64,000 nucleotides of DNA from Paraspadella gotoi (Eukaryota; Animalia; Chaetognatha). Made by a program: the position numbers and the translations under genes. The DNA lies in NCBI GenBank assembly GCA_051294375.1, contig CM119269.1, positions 2,331,601 through 2,395,600 on the forward strand, read 5' to 3'. Below are positions 51,572-64,000 of the stretch, piece by piece. The stretch's first letter is position 1. The number at the start of each line of letters is the position of its first letter. The notes below the pieces were generated by a model. That model did no database searches. It was given only the letters and a program-made list of their open reading frames with translations, and was not told the origin of the DNA.

Positions 51572-52714
51572 ATGCCGCTGCCGACTCTGGGAGCCGTTAC
51601 GCGTTCAAAATCTCAATCCCTCTACGTCCGATCGCCGAGAGGCCGCGGACGACTCTCTCCTTCACCGGGCTTGGCCGAAGAGGAAGTTGAGGCACCGCCA
51701 GTAGGCCGTCAAACGACGCCGCTGAGCCCAGGAGTTTTTCATTTCCCGTCAATCAATCTTGAAGCCAGATCCGGCCCCAGCACAGATATGGCTGAAGCCC
51801 CACCATCACAAGCGGAAGTCGATTCGCTACGCGCAGCTCTCGACGCCGCCATGGCAGCAACACGCGCCGCTCAGGAGGCGCTGGCCCGAGTGGACAAACC
51901 AAAAAAGCCGGAGCTGCCGGCATTCGATAAAGACAACATTGAAATTTGGATCAGGAGAATCGAGGCCGCATACACTCGAGCCAAAGTCGTCTCTCCCAAG
52001 GACAAGTTTGCCTTCTTGGAGGCAAAAATATCGGTGGACATCGACCCAAGGATCAATGCTTTCCTTTACGCCGATCCGTCGGAGGAGAGATGGACGGCTT
52101 TCCTTACTTATCTCCGCTCAGAGTATGGCCTCACCAGACGCAGACAAGCGGAGCTGATTCTCGACGCACAAATTAAACGCGATGACATGAAGCCATCGCA
52201 GCACCTCGCTCGAATGATTGAGAAGGCATCGACCGTCACTTTAGACGACATCCTCAAGGAGCTCGTTATCCGAGGCCTGCCAACGTCCGTCAAAGCAAAT
52301 GTGATTGACCGCGCGGAATCTTCCACAGCCGCGCAACTCGCCGAAATCGCAGACAGACACTTTGACGCCTTAGGACGGCCGCTACATAAGAGCGCCGCCA
52401 ACCCAGTCAATGCGGTCGTCAACAACTTTGAAGAGAGCAGTGCCAGCGAGGCCGAGGACCCTCCGGAGATCAACTTCGTCAATCGACGCCGCGATAACCG
52501 CCCTCAATCTGCTGTTAGACGAAACCCGCCTCCCAGCGCCGCCCGAGCGCCTCCTTCCAGATCAGAGGGCGCCACAACTTCGAAGCTTCGCCAAGTCTGC
52601 CATTTCCATGCCAAATATGGCGACGCAGCCTACAGGTGTGAAAAAGGCTGTGATAGGTACGCAGAGAAGCGCGCGACAAAGCCGGGAAACGGCCAGGCGG
52701 GCCGGCGCCGGTGA
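51572..52714 (+). CDS. gag: Gag (380 aa) with CHCC nucleocapsid motif
   Basis: Intact ORF; [18 protein letters not shown] capsid-like N-terminal motif; C-terminal [18 protein letters not shown] = Cx2Hx9Cx3C. Confidence 0.92.
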   Translation: MPLPTLGAVTRSKSQSLYVRSPRGRGRLSPSPGLAEEEVEAPPVGRQTTPLSPGVFHFPSINLEARSGPSTDMAEAPPSQAEVDSLRAALDAAMAATRAAQEALARVDKPKKPELPAFDKDNIEIWIRRIEAAYTRAKVVSPKDKFAFLEAKISVDIDPRINAFLYADPSEERWTAFLTYLRSEYGLTRRRQAELILDAQIKRDDMKPSQHLARMIEKASTVTLDDILKELVIRGLPTSVKANVIDRAESSTAAQLAEIADRHFDALGRPLHKSAANPVNAVVNNFEESSASEAEDPPEINFVNRRRDNRPQSAVRRNPPPSAARAPPSRSEGATTSKLRQVCHFHAKYGDAAYRCEKGCDRYAEKRATKPGNGQAGRRR

Positions 52715-52729
52715 ACGCCGTGCCCCGCC
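52684..52729 (+). promoter_or_regulatory. -1 ribosomal frameshift signal (G GGA AAC plus downstream stem-loop)
   Basis: Heptamer at 52684-52690 in the gag frame; the -1 frame is open into pol; 5-nt spacer then GGCGGG-C-CGGCG...CGCCG-TGC-CCCGCC hairpin. Confidence 0.8.
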
Positions 52730-55700
52730 AACTTGGAACTTCACCTGACAATTCGTACCTGCTCCATGTTGTTGACGCAACCGATGGCCGCGCATGGTTG
52801 GTGGATGGCGGCGCCATGCTATCCCTTGTTCCACCAACTCCAGAGCAGCGCGCCGCCGGTCCAGCAGGTCCCCAACTTCAAGCCGCAAATGGGACGCCGA
52901 TTGCCTGTTATGGAACAACCAAGAAAAACATTACTCTGGGCCCACGGCGTTTTCCCTTCGAGGTACTAGTGGCCGACGTCACCCAGAGCATTTTGGGCGC
53001 CGACTTCCTCGCGGAGTTTTTCTTGGCTCCCAATCATAGGGACGGGCTACTTCTTGACTTGAAGGACTATTCGACCATTGTCTGTGCACGCTCCTATGGC
53101 AATCCTCCTTCTCACGTCCACCTTGTGGGCCAAGATACAGAATATTACCGGCTCCTCGACAATTTCCCAGCTCTTACAACCCCAACCTTCGAAATCAAAG
53201 AGCCAAAACACGGAATCCGACACTATATCACTACTCAGGGCCGCCCTTGTCAAGCACGTGCTCGTCGACTGTCTCCCGAGAAACTAGCAGTCGCCAAAGC
53301 AGAATTGGATAAAATGGTTGAACTTGGCGTTGCCATGAGAGCAAAAAGCCCCTGGTCATCCCCATTACATTGCGTGCCCAAAGGTGATGGTGGATGGCGC
53401 GTGTGCGGTGACTACCGCCAATTGAATGCTCAAACAGTACCTGACAGATATCCAGTCAAACTTTTAGCAGATTTCAATGCCCAACTGGCAGGGAAAACGG
53501 TTTTCTCAAAAATCGACCTCTTAAAGGGTTATCACCAAATTCCAGTAGCGCCGGAAGATGTGCCAAAAACTGCGGTGATAACACCTTTTGGACTATACGT
53601 CTTCCTTCGTACTCCATTTGGCCTTAAGAATGCTGGTCAAGACTTCCAGCGGCTAATGGACGAAATCCTTGGCGACCTTCCTAGGGTCTACGTATACTTG
53701 GACGACATTCTGGTCGCGAGCGAAGATGAGGCCCAGCATCTCAAAGACCTGGAGGAAGTTTTCGAATCCCTTCAGCAGAACGGCCTCGTTGTGAACCGGA
53801 AAAAGTGCATCCTCGGTCAGAGTTCCTTGGAGTTTCTGGGCTACCATGTTGATGCGGATGGCGTCAAGCCCCTCCCGCAGCGTGTCGACGCTCTTCGCGA
53901 AACGGCACCACCCTCAACGGTAAAGGAACTTCAACGTTTCCTAGGCATGATAAACTACTACCGTCGGTTTATACCGAGGGTAGCTCATCATGCAACGCCG
54001 CTCTATGATGCCCTCAAAGGAAAGCCGAGGCGCCTGGATTGGAACACAGATTGCCAAAGAGGATTTGACGCCGTCAAGGAGGCCCTCGCCAATGCTGTTT
54101 TGTTACGACATCCCAAAACCGGCGCTGCTCTCTCCCTTACAACCGACGCCTCAGACCATGCGGTGGGTGCAGTGCTGGAACAACGCGGCCATCAAGGATG
54201 GGAACCGTTGGCCTTCTTTTCCGCCAAACTCAGCGACGCCCAACGCAAGTGGCCGCCCTTCGACAGGGAGCTTTATGGCGCCTTTAGAGCCGTAAGGCAT
54301 TTCCGGCCATGGCTGGAAGGGCGCGCTTTCATCCTATACACGGACCACATGAGTCTGATTCATGCTCTTCACAAGAAAAGCGAACCCCAAACCGCGAGAC
54401 ACACCTTTCAGCTCTCAGCAATATCGGAGTTTACAACTGACATTCGCCACGTGGAGGGCAAAGCAAATGTTGTCGCCGACGCCCTCTCTCGTCCCAATCA
54501 AGCAACGGAAATCTCCACGAAGCCCTTGAGCGACGAGAAGGCCGACCACTTTGCCCTAATCGCGGCTGCAGTGCAGCATCAAGGGGTAGATCTACAGGAA
54601 ATGGCCCGTCAACAGCCGCTAGACAGAGATTTCCGGCGACTTCTCCAAGACCCGTCAACGGGCCTTCACTTCAAACGAGTTCAGCTGGGGAGGGAGACAA
54701 TAATGGTGGACGTCTCAAACGGGCCTCCGCGACCATTCGTCCCCGAAGCCTGGCGTCGACGAGTCTTTAGTACTATTCACGACCTTGGACACCCTGGAGT
54801 CGCCCGTACTCGCGAAGCCGTGGCGGAGAAGTTTGTCTGGCCCTCCATGAGAGCCGACGTAACGCGCTTGACTGGGCACGCGAGTGCATCGCCTGCCAAA
54901 GGGCTAAAGTCATTCCGCCACACCGTCCCAGAGATAGGCGAATTTGCTGTCCCGCCACGCCGATTCCAAACATGTACATGTCGACCTTGTCAAGATGCCC
55001 GTGTCAAATGGTTTCTTCACCTGTTGACGGCCGTAGATCGCTCTTACAAGATGGCCCATGGCCGTGCCCATCAAGGACCACTGCAGCAACTGTGGCTGAC
55101 GCATTTGCGCACCACTGGGTAGCGTCATTCGGAATTCCCTCAGACATTACCACCGATAGAGGATCCCAGTTCTCCTCAGCGATCTGGAGACAATTGGCCG
55201 AGACGTGGAGCTGCAAATTACATCTGACTACAGCATATCATCCGGAAGCAAATGGACTGGTTGAACGTTTTCACCGTCGATTGAAGGAGTCCATTATCGC
55301 CATCTCTGTAGTGAAACCACACAACTGGTACTGGAGACTTCCCTCCGCACTGTTGTCAATCCGTACAACCATCAAGCCGGATGTAGATGTGCGCCCAGCC
55401 CAATTGGTTTATGGAGATGGCCTCGCGGTCCCTGGCGATCTTCTCGCGTCAAACTACTCTGAGGCGGACGAGAGGGACGCCCGCGGCGTCTTCGAGATGA
55501 GCTGCGACTGGAAGTCGAACGTTTACAGCCGGCTCCAACAAGTAGGCACCGCGTCCTCGAGTCAACCTCCCAACAGCCTCGCCACATCCACGCACGTCTT
55601 CGTCCCGGGTGGGTGGATCCATCCGACTCTCACCGCCCCATACGAAGGCCCCTTCCGCGTCACGGCCAGAGACAACTTAAATTTTATAGTCGAAATCCCA

Positions 55701-55757
55701 GGAAGGGGTGCAGAAACAATCGCCATATCTCGCATCAAGCCCGCCAACGTTCTTTGA
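52684..55757 (+). CDS. pol: Pol (protease, reverse transcriptase, RNase H, integrase) in the -1 frame relative to gag; integrase broken by frameshifts
   Basis: PR LVDGGA...ILGADFL; [39 protein letters not shown]; [28 protein letters not shown]; [45 protein letters not shown] (ORFs 52711-55122 and 54972-55757). Confidence 0.95.
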
Positions 55758-56214
55758 TGACGCAGCACAAGACGAAGCACAGGCTGAGGAAAGGCGCGCG
55801 CCATCTCCGCGCCCAGTTCTCCGTCGTCCGTCATTTCGGACCCGCGCTCGGGCGCAAAATCACCAACGTCAAGTGAATGATAACATCAGAAGCGCTGGAG
55901 AAGACGAAAATCAATTATTTCCGGCCACCGCCTACTCAAGCACCTTCGTCTCCCGCGGCCGCAAGACGTCTTCCGCCATTAAGGCGATCTTCACGCTCAC
56001 CGACGCCGCGACAGCGCGCCGTTCTGGCCTACGCCTTTCCCTCGCGCGAAGACGGCAGATTCTTGCTGCCGCACGAGCGCCAACGCGGCGACGCGCCCAG
56101 ATTACGGCGCAGTGCTACGACAGATTCTTACGCAACAAAATGATCAACTGAGCCCAAACGTGTGGCTTGCGCATCCAGATCTCGTCACCTCCTGACTCCT
56201 CGTCTGGGGGGGAA

Positions 56215-56909
56215 TGTGGGATTCGATCCCGTTTTCTTCGCCTTCCAAAGCAGCTCAGCAGAGTGAAGGCCTATTTTCCAATCATAAACAAACTCGTTCT
56301 TCAAAGTTTTATATATAATTATAAACACTTTAAATCAATAAGCAAAATAATATTTCCCGGATTCGATCCCGGGACCTTTCAATCAGCAACTATGCATTAG
56401 TGGTTTTCACCACTTCGGTACTTATCAAATAGATATTCCATTCTTACCCTAAATATAAACTTAATCATGTTAAAACAAAGAACATTTATGTTTACTATAT
56501 TGATGCTAGAGTACACTAGCATAAGTTTTATGGTTCCTCTTTTAGAACCTTACCAATGTTATTCCTTTATTCACTCACAAAGAATCTTCTTTACCAAGTG
56601 GATCAACATCTCCATAATGTTAATATTTATTCCTTGTTAACGTTAATAATTGTTATTATTGATATTTATTGATTAATATTATTGCTTGTTATTGCCATTG
56701 CTTTTTAACGCATATAGAATATCTATATGCTTTGATTATTTTATTAAGGTACCAATTTTAACCGTGAACAAATCAAGAACTTTGTTCTAGAACATTTTTA
56801 TAGAACCAAGTGGTTCTGACGAACTGTTGCAGCCCGCGACGCCGCGAAGAATTCTTCACGCCTTTTAACGCCGTCTGAAGGAAGTTGGCGATTCCGTGAA
56901 TTCGCCACA
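56215..56909 (+). repeat. 3' LTR (~695 bp)
   Basis: Follows the GGGGGGGAA polypurine tract (56206-56214); differs from the 5' LTR mainly by single-base indels. Confidence 0.96.
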
Positions 56910-57384
56910 CTCACCCCAATTCCGAGGCACAATTTCTCACATTGTTCAGATGTTTTGTCCTTTAACCTCGCCGTCGCCCTCTGCGGGGAAAGAGCAAAAA
57001 CAGGGTCGATCGGGAGACGTAGCGAGTTAACGAAACAAAAGACAACGAGAACTCATTTTAAGTGAGATAGATCTTGTTTCCAATATTACTTATTATAAGT
57101 TATTAATCAATCATTATTCAAAAAATTAAATACATTTATTTATTTTTAAACATCACTGCAGTGTATCGGATTCACATTTAAACCTTACCATGCTGACGTC
57201 AGCCTGACACCTCGGTTTGCACTGCTGAGAATCAGGAAAAGATTTCAGACTTTCTTCGTAAGTCGGAGGACGCGACGCTGACGGGGATCAATGAAACCAA
57301 ACCAAACGTATCAAATTATAATTATTTTATAACGTAATTTATGAGACGACGACAATGACGACAAGAAGGACAATGACGTCAAGG

Positions 57385-57715
57385 AAGAAGAGACGAAGAG
57401 ACGAAGAACGAAGAGACGAAGAGACGAGAGACGAATAGACAAAAAGAAGGAAAAGATAAAAGAGACGAGGGACGAAGGAGACAAGAGACGAAGAGACGAA
57501 GAGACGAATTATAGACGAATAGACAGAGAATAGACAAAAAGAAGAAAAGATAAAGAGACGAAGGGACAAAGGGCAAGAGACGAAGGAGAACAAAGAGACA
57601 AAGAGACAAAGAGACAAAGAGACAAAGAGTCAAAGAGATGAGGAGAAAAGAGACAAATAGACAAGTAGACGAAAAGACGAAAAGACGAAAAGACGAAAAG
57701 ACGAAAAGACGAAGA
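57385..57715. repeat. (GAGACGAA/GAGACAAA)n octamer-based low-complexity repeat
   Basis: Directly visible. Confidence 0.85.
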
Positions 57716-58297
57716 TGCTTTAAAAGTCGATTTTTTAGAAAACCTCAGTATCACAAGAGTAGTTTTGGCCGTCCAACGAGGCAGGCGACAGTCTTGCAAG
57801 CTCTCAAGACGTCATTCATCAAGATCAGGTGCTCAGTCGGTGTCAGCGACGACGACGACGATAACGACGACGACGATAACGACGACGACTCGAGTTTCTT
57901 TATCTCCCCTGAAACCACGTCCTCAATCTCATTTATTTCATTTCTAATTTCATTTTTGCGTCATTTTTATTCCATTTTTATCTTATTTTTATCATTGTGA
58001 GGGACGAATGGTTTGGTTACGAGGTGGCGACGATCCGCCGAGCGAACTGTTGCAGGCCGTCGTGATGGTCGGCGTCTTAAGAGAATGAAAAAGATGATTA
58101 CGCTTCATTGTGAATTTTGTCGTGAGGCTTTCGACGAAAGGTTTTTTAACTGATATAAAATATTGAAACTTACGATACAAACGCAGAGAAATACCATCCA
58201 TAACTTCATCTGAGAAGTGAAAGATAAAAAAAAAATGAAAGAAAATAATTAAGAAAACATTCGAAGGTGAAAAGGAACATTCGTTTATTCACTCGTT

Positions 58298-58408
<111 letters not shown>

Positions 58409-59704
58409 ATTCCTGTTTTCAAATGCAAATATTCCGCACTTCTTGCCATTTTTTTTGTTCTTGGCGTTCTCAGCTAAAAAAGAAAGTATTCATGTTAATG
58501 AAGACGCCGACGATCTTTTGTTTTTTTTTCTCGATGTTAATGAAAATGAAGGAAATATTGAAATCCTGTTTGATACGTATACTACTATATATCTTTCGAA
58601 GTTGCATCGCTGCTAAAAAGAGAATTAGAAAAAAAAGAATAAGCGCCTTTTTGATAAGTACATATGAATCAATAATGAACGTACGTATGAATGTGCATTG
58701 TGCAAGCGTTTGTAAAACAATTTTTAAAATAATTCCTTATATTAATAAAAGAAAACGAAATGATTTTAACCAATACATGTTCAGGAAACCTATTATACTT
58801 ATCGTAGACGGCATCTCGCGAGGCCGCATTTTAGTTCGCATTAGTCTGCCGAGAGACATCGGGCGGCGAACGTTCGCGCCTGGAATTTCGCGCCTCTAGT
58901 TTCTAGCGAATCCGGTTGAGAAAGTCCATTTGTCAATCGCTTGAAAAAACCGTTGCTAAGTAACGGAAAGCCTCACAGCTTCGCATCAGCTTTTCATTTT
59001 TATCAAACAAGAAAGATAACACCGAGAGGGAGCGTGAATATCACTTTGTCCTTGTCCTCGTTTATGTCCTCATCGTCTTTGTCCGTTTCGTACTCTGCTT
59101 CCAACGAAAAATTACAGTTTTATCTTGTAAAGTGTTTGGCGATACATTGTTAAAAATAGAAGAGAGAGAAGGAAGACTTGAGCGTTTAAATAACACACAT
59201 AAGTCACACAGTTTGAGTTTGACACGTAACTCGTAGTACGGCGGCCTGATCTTCGTTTATTTACGATTTTTACGAGAGAGAGAGAGAGAGAGAGAGCGAG
59301 AGCGAATGCGGTTTTCGTTGTGCAGTCTTTCATTAATCATTACTTTGCACGTTCCGTTAGAAATAAATTTTTATTCACACTTTCACAAACAAATAGAGAA
59401 GAAAAATGGAGAGTGAGAAAAAACATTTGTTATTTTCGCTCCAATCCTTTTTCAGTTTAAACTTTACTATTCAGGTTACAGATTAAACAAAGTATTGTGT
59501 ACCGTTATTCGTTCAGATTTAGTGTCTAAAAACTAAATTAATGCCATTGAAAAATGGAGTTTTGTCGCGCGCAAACGAACTTTCGTGTGCAAACACGCAA
59601 GCACGTTCGCAACACGCTGGCATACACACAACTCTTTATATATACGACCTACGATTTCAACTTCTGACTCGGAAAAACGAGAGAAATGAGAGAAGAAAGA
59701 AGGA

Positions 59705-59756
<52 letters not shown>

Positions 59757-59786
59757 ATAGAAAAGGAAAACTCGATCCCTGTGGTC

Positions 59787-59822
<36 letters not shown>

Positions 59823-60465
59823 CTCATCCTCTCCGCGTCGTCTCAAGGTCGATTCTCGTTCACGGTGATGAACACGAGTGGGAGAATTTCCCCTGATTCT
59901 TTTTCCTTCCAACGGAACGGCCTTCGTGGAGACGACGATGACGACGACGACACGACGACGAATATATGGAGGACGAGGAGGAGGAAGACGACGACGACGA
60001 CGACGAGACGAAATAGTAACTGGTGACGATGTTGACGCGAGAATTTACGACGACTGAGACGACGACGACGACGAAGTTGACGATCGAATGAAACTTGATG
60101 TTTTTGGTTGTCGAAGATTCGAATGAAACAACAAATACAACAACAACAACAACAAAAACCACAACAACAACAAGACGGTCCATGAGGCTTGATTTTTCTG
60201 AACCCAAAACCCCGAGCCCAGACTCTTGTAGGCTCGTGTCGGTCCACAGCTTAAAAGATCGAACGACTCGAGAGGAAAATAAGTAACGCTGACGCCGCGT
60301 CGGGTCGCTGAGTTTCGAGAATCTGTATAGTTCACTCGGGGTCGTTTCTCGGTTTTGTTTTATTCTGTTTTCTTTTCTTTCCTTCATTTTTACTTCGTTA
60401 CATTCTTTGTTTTTTATCTGTTTTTTGTTTCGCTCTTTGTTTCTTTATTTTTTTGCTTCTTTCCT

Positions 60466-60548
<83 letters not shown>

Positions 60549-61777
60549 ATCCATATATCTATCGTTCTTCTTTTTTCTCCAAATACTTTTCATTCTCTCG
60601 TCCCTCATTTCGCATTCAGAAGCGACATCTTCCGCTAAAAGCACAAAAAACGAAAGGACGAGCGCCATCGCTACATCCGCCTTCGCACCCACAGCGACGT
60701 CCACAACGACGACGACGACTACGATAATCGATCTCAGTTCTACTACTGAAAAACAGAAACGTACTCGTTTCAAGGGCAAAGTCAGAGAGGGAAGAGAGAG
60801 AGAGAGAGAAAAAAAGAAGTATATAAAAGGGCGTGGGTGTGACTCGTTTCTTCGGCCAGGGAATCGGGGGCGTCGAAGCAGACAGCGTAGGCTATCGTAG
60901 GTAGACGAAGAGCGTGACGGTGGGACGGGGGGGGGGAGATCGGAGGGGGGGGGGTTAAATGAGGCTCGTTGTTGAAAAGAGGAGAAAAGAGAGAGACTTC
61001 CGGTCGACCTTGAGCGCGTCGAGCGGTGAGGGATGCGAGGGAGGCGAGCAGCGTCGGTAGCAGCGGCGGCAGAGTCGGCAGCTGCTGCGCGAGGGATGTG
61101 GGTGAGGCAGCCGGCGTCGCGGCGCGGGGCGACCTGACCTCGTTCTAAAAATATATATATATATCCGTGCTCGAGAGAAAAAAAAATAGGAAAAAAAAAA
61201 TAGTCGAGAGAAAATCTGATTTTTCGCGACTTTCTTCTTTTCCTCTCTCTGTTTTTTTTTAGTTTTTTTTTTAGTGTTCGACATTCCTGCTTTGGCAAGA
61301 TTCCGAATTTCTGTCAGACTGAATCACACGACGGACACTTTGTGACTTGTGATGCGGGCGGAACGAAATAGATCTGATGCTTTTTTAAGGTTCAGATGAC
61401 TTAATATATATATGTGATTTTTTTTAATTTCCTTTGGTTTTTCTTAGTTTTGTTTGTTCCGTTTGAGTTTGTTTGTTTAATCTTTCTTTATTTTACATTA
61501 GAGATTTATATCGTTATCATGGTTAGTTTCTTTGTTTGTTCGTTGCTTTTTTCGTTTTTCCTTTCTTTCGTTTGTTCGTGAGTCGAAGTGGAAACTTTGA
61601 GGAGAGAAGTCGATTCTTTCTCATCCCAAAAGTTCGGTTTTACAATCTCATTTGCATATTCCAGTCGATGAATCAGATCGATGACTCCCGCGAGGGAGGA
61701 TGCGGAACAGAAAAAGGGAGAGGAAGTGGCAGGGGGCAAACGAGACTCGACCATGGAGAGATTGGAGAGAGAGAGAG

Positions 61778-61827
<50 letters not shown>

Positions 61828-62443
61828 GAGAGAGAGATAAGAGAGAGAGAGAGAGAGAGTTAGCCCCCCAAACACTGCAACATTTCAAATAGCAAAACTT
61901 AATAAAATAGAAAAAAAAAGAAGCAACAGGATTTTCTGCTTCATTGTCTTGCCTCTTTTTCTAACAGACTGAGTCCAAGCCTTCCCGTCTAATCTTTTTT
62001 TTTTAGAGAGGCTCTCGCATCGACGTATGTACATTGTACAATACAATTGTACATAAGTCTTTTGGCGGTTGTTGAGATCTCGAAATAACGAAGACGACAA
62101 CGAGAACCGAAAACAACCGTTGAAACAATTTCCTGTTTAATCCTCTGCTCTTGTAATTTAAGAAAACACCTGAGTCACTATTTCTCCTCGTTTCATTACT
62201 CAATCTCTCTCTCTCTCTCTCTCTCTCGCTCTCTCCTCTCTCTCTCTCTCTCTCTCTGTCTCTCCTCTCTCTCTCTCTCCTCTCTCTCTCTTTCGTGTCT
62301 CCCCTTGTCTCTGTCTTTCGCTTTTTCAATCCAACCCACTGAAATAAACCAGTTTTTTTAAATCACTCCAAAAGATCCACTTAAACACCTGAGTCTGTGG
62401 TTTTAATTTCCTTCTTTCTTTGTTTAACGCTTCTTTCTTTCTC

Positions 62444-62531
<88 letters not shown>

Positions 62532-64000
62532 TTTTTCTTTTTTACTCCCTTCTCTTTCCTTTCCTTCTTCCTTCCTCCTTTCCAATTAATACACTCAACT
62601 TTTGAAAGGAAATTCTGTTTTGACGCATCAAGTTTGAATTCAAATTGAAAAACAAAAGATCAGATCATCCAATGAAGAAGAACCCTTTAATATTCTTGTC
62701 ACGTCTAAATTTTACTGATCAGAATGCTTTGATTAATGATTATGCTATATTACTTATAAGGGCTCAGATGTTTTTTTTTCTACTATATAATTTACAATTT
62801 ACTCTTAGCTTAACCCTTTTTTTTATCTTCAGCTTAACGCTTCTTGGTTTTATGGTGTAAGCGTCACCGATCGAGGGCAAATCACCCAATTAACATATGT
62901 AACTTGAATTTGATGGACGCTTCCCGTCGTAGGCCGTCTCCCATCTCTAATCTCCCCACCTACCGTCGGCTATCTGCTTCTCAACATCTGTTACTCTACT
63001 TAGGATCGTTAATCGCTTTTAACCATTCGCGATCGTATGGTATTTAAAAACTGCCTTGCGCTATCTTTCATAAATTTCATACCAAAAAGAAAGTTCTATT
63101 CTATTTCCCTTTTGGGCTAATGGCGAAAAGAAATTGCCTACCATTAAGTTAATATACTAAAAATTGCTTAATAACGATGTAAAAAAAAAAAAACATAAAA
63201 TAAGGGAAAAGGGAACAATTTTTTTCATTTTTTGAAAATTTCATGAAGTTTTACAACTTTCGAATTCCTCCCCTTAAATTCTTTCAGTAATCAAATTCTT
63301 TTGATGTTTTTTAATTCATTATTTCGTCTTTTGTGTCATTGCTTCATTCAATGGAGTCTTGCTTCATCAGCAACTTGGAAATCTGCAGACGGAAAATGAT
63401 TTTGTTTCCCTGTCTTAAGGATTCCCTTTTAAGAAAAGGAGAAAGCAAAGAGAGAGAAAAAGGGATATAGAGAGAAAAATATTAAGAGAGATTGAGAACG
63501 AGAGGAATGTAAGGGCAGAGAAAAAAATAAATTAAGCCAACGTCACTGTGAAATACTATGCCTCGTCTCTCTCTAACATTTTAAGGTTTTAAATTCAGAT
63601 TCGTCTAAAATTCTTCACGATTCAGTTTGACCGGTCTTTTTTTTTTGTCCCGTTATTATTTTGCCGGTCTTTTGTTTGACCGTGATAATTTGGAGAGATA
63701 GGAGAAAATTTTTTAGTTCTTATTTAGACTCAGCAAAGAAACGATTCGCTCGTCCCTAATACAGTTTTACGGGACAACTTCTGAATATTTTATTGAAAAA
63801 TAAAGACTCAGAATTTGATTCACGACTTTTCCTTCATAATTGGCCTCGTGATTCAGCTCGTATTTTTATAAAGTTCCCTCGTCAAATTACACGAAACGAT
63901 CGACGTCTCGAAGGCGCGATGCAGCGGACTCGAAGCATCAAAATACTTCACAGTGACTTTCTTTTCTTTTCACGTATCATTGATGGCGATGCTGACGAAA

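Larger units (their letters stand above)
50779..56909 (+). mobile_element. Full-length Ty3/gypsy LTR retrotransposon, CsRn1/Kabuki/Boudicca-type lineage
   Basis: Near-identical TG...CA LTRs (50779-51472, 56215-56909), 4-bp TSD CTCA (50775-50778, 56910-56913), PBS, polypurine tract, gag and PR-RT-RH-IN pol order. Confidence 0.97.

Noticed and set aside
55708-56151. Possible env-like third ORF in the retrotransposon
   Set aside because: No signal peptide or transmembrane segment; it reads as the frameshifted low-complexity integrase tail.
60414-61298. 294-aa minus-strand ORF
   Set aside because: Built from (GAAA)n, (GA)n and GC-rich low-complexity sequence; no recognisable domain.

Overview
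Eukaryotic (invertebrate animal-like), AT-rich, microsatellite-rich draft-assembly window with four N gaps (410-652, 1295-1319, 20184-20193, 28831-28855). The backbone is the middle of one large + strand gene, a Tiam1/Tiam2/Still-life-type Rac GEF. Eight small, phase-compatible GT-AG exons between 12115 and 45970 encode the RBD, a PDZ domain split by a ~23.5 kb intron, a linker and the first helix of the DH domain. The introns hold: (i) a full-length, recent Ty3/gypsy LTR retrotransposon of the CsRn1/Kabuki/Boudicca type (50779-56909; CTCA TSD, tRNA-Trp PBS, CHCC gag, GGGAAAC -1 frameshift site); (ii) an intronless, antisense, frameshifted and 3'-truncated EamA/SLC35G-like transporter ORF in the loop of a ~2-3 kb inverted repeat (18499-24394); (iii) a foldback-like element with minisatellite arms (about 28970-33760); (iv) TTAA-flanked Kolobok-like elements, 8-bp-TSD hAT-type MITEs, a tRNA-derived SINE and Helentron/DINE-1-like elements. 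About 3.3-9.3 kb and probably 25.5-28.8 kb look like unpolished long-read sequence; the first is an insertion-inflated copy of sequence found elsewhere in the window. Several odd structures may therefore be assembly artefacts. No convincingly new biological system can be established from the sequence alone; the best candidates for follow-up are the transporter-in-a-palindrome locus and the foldback-like element.
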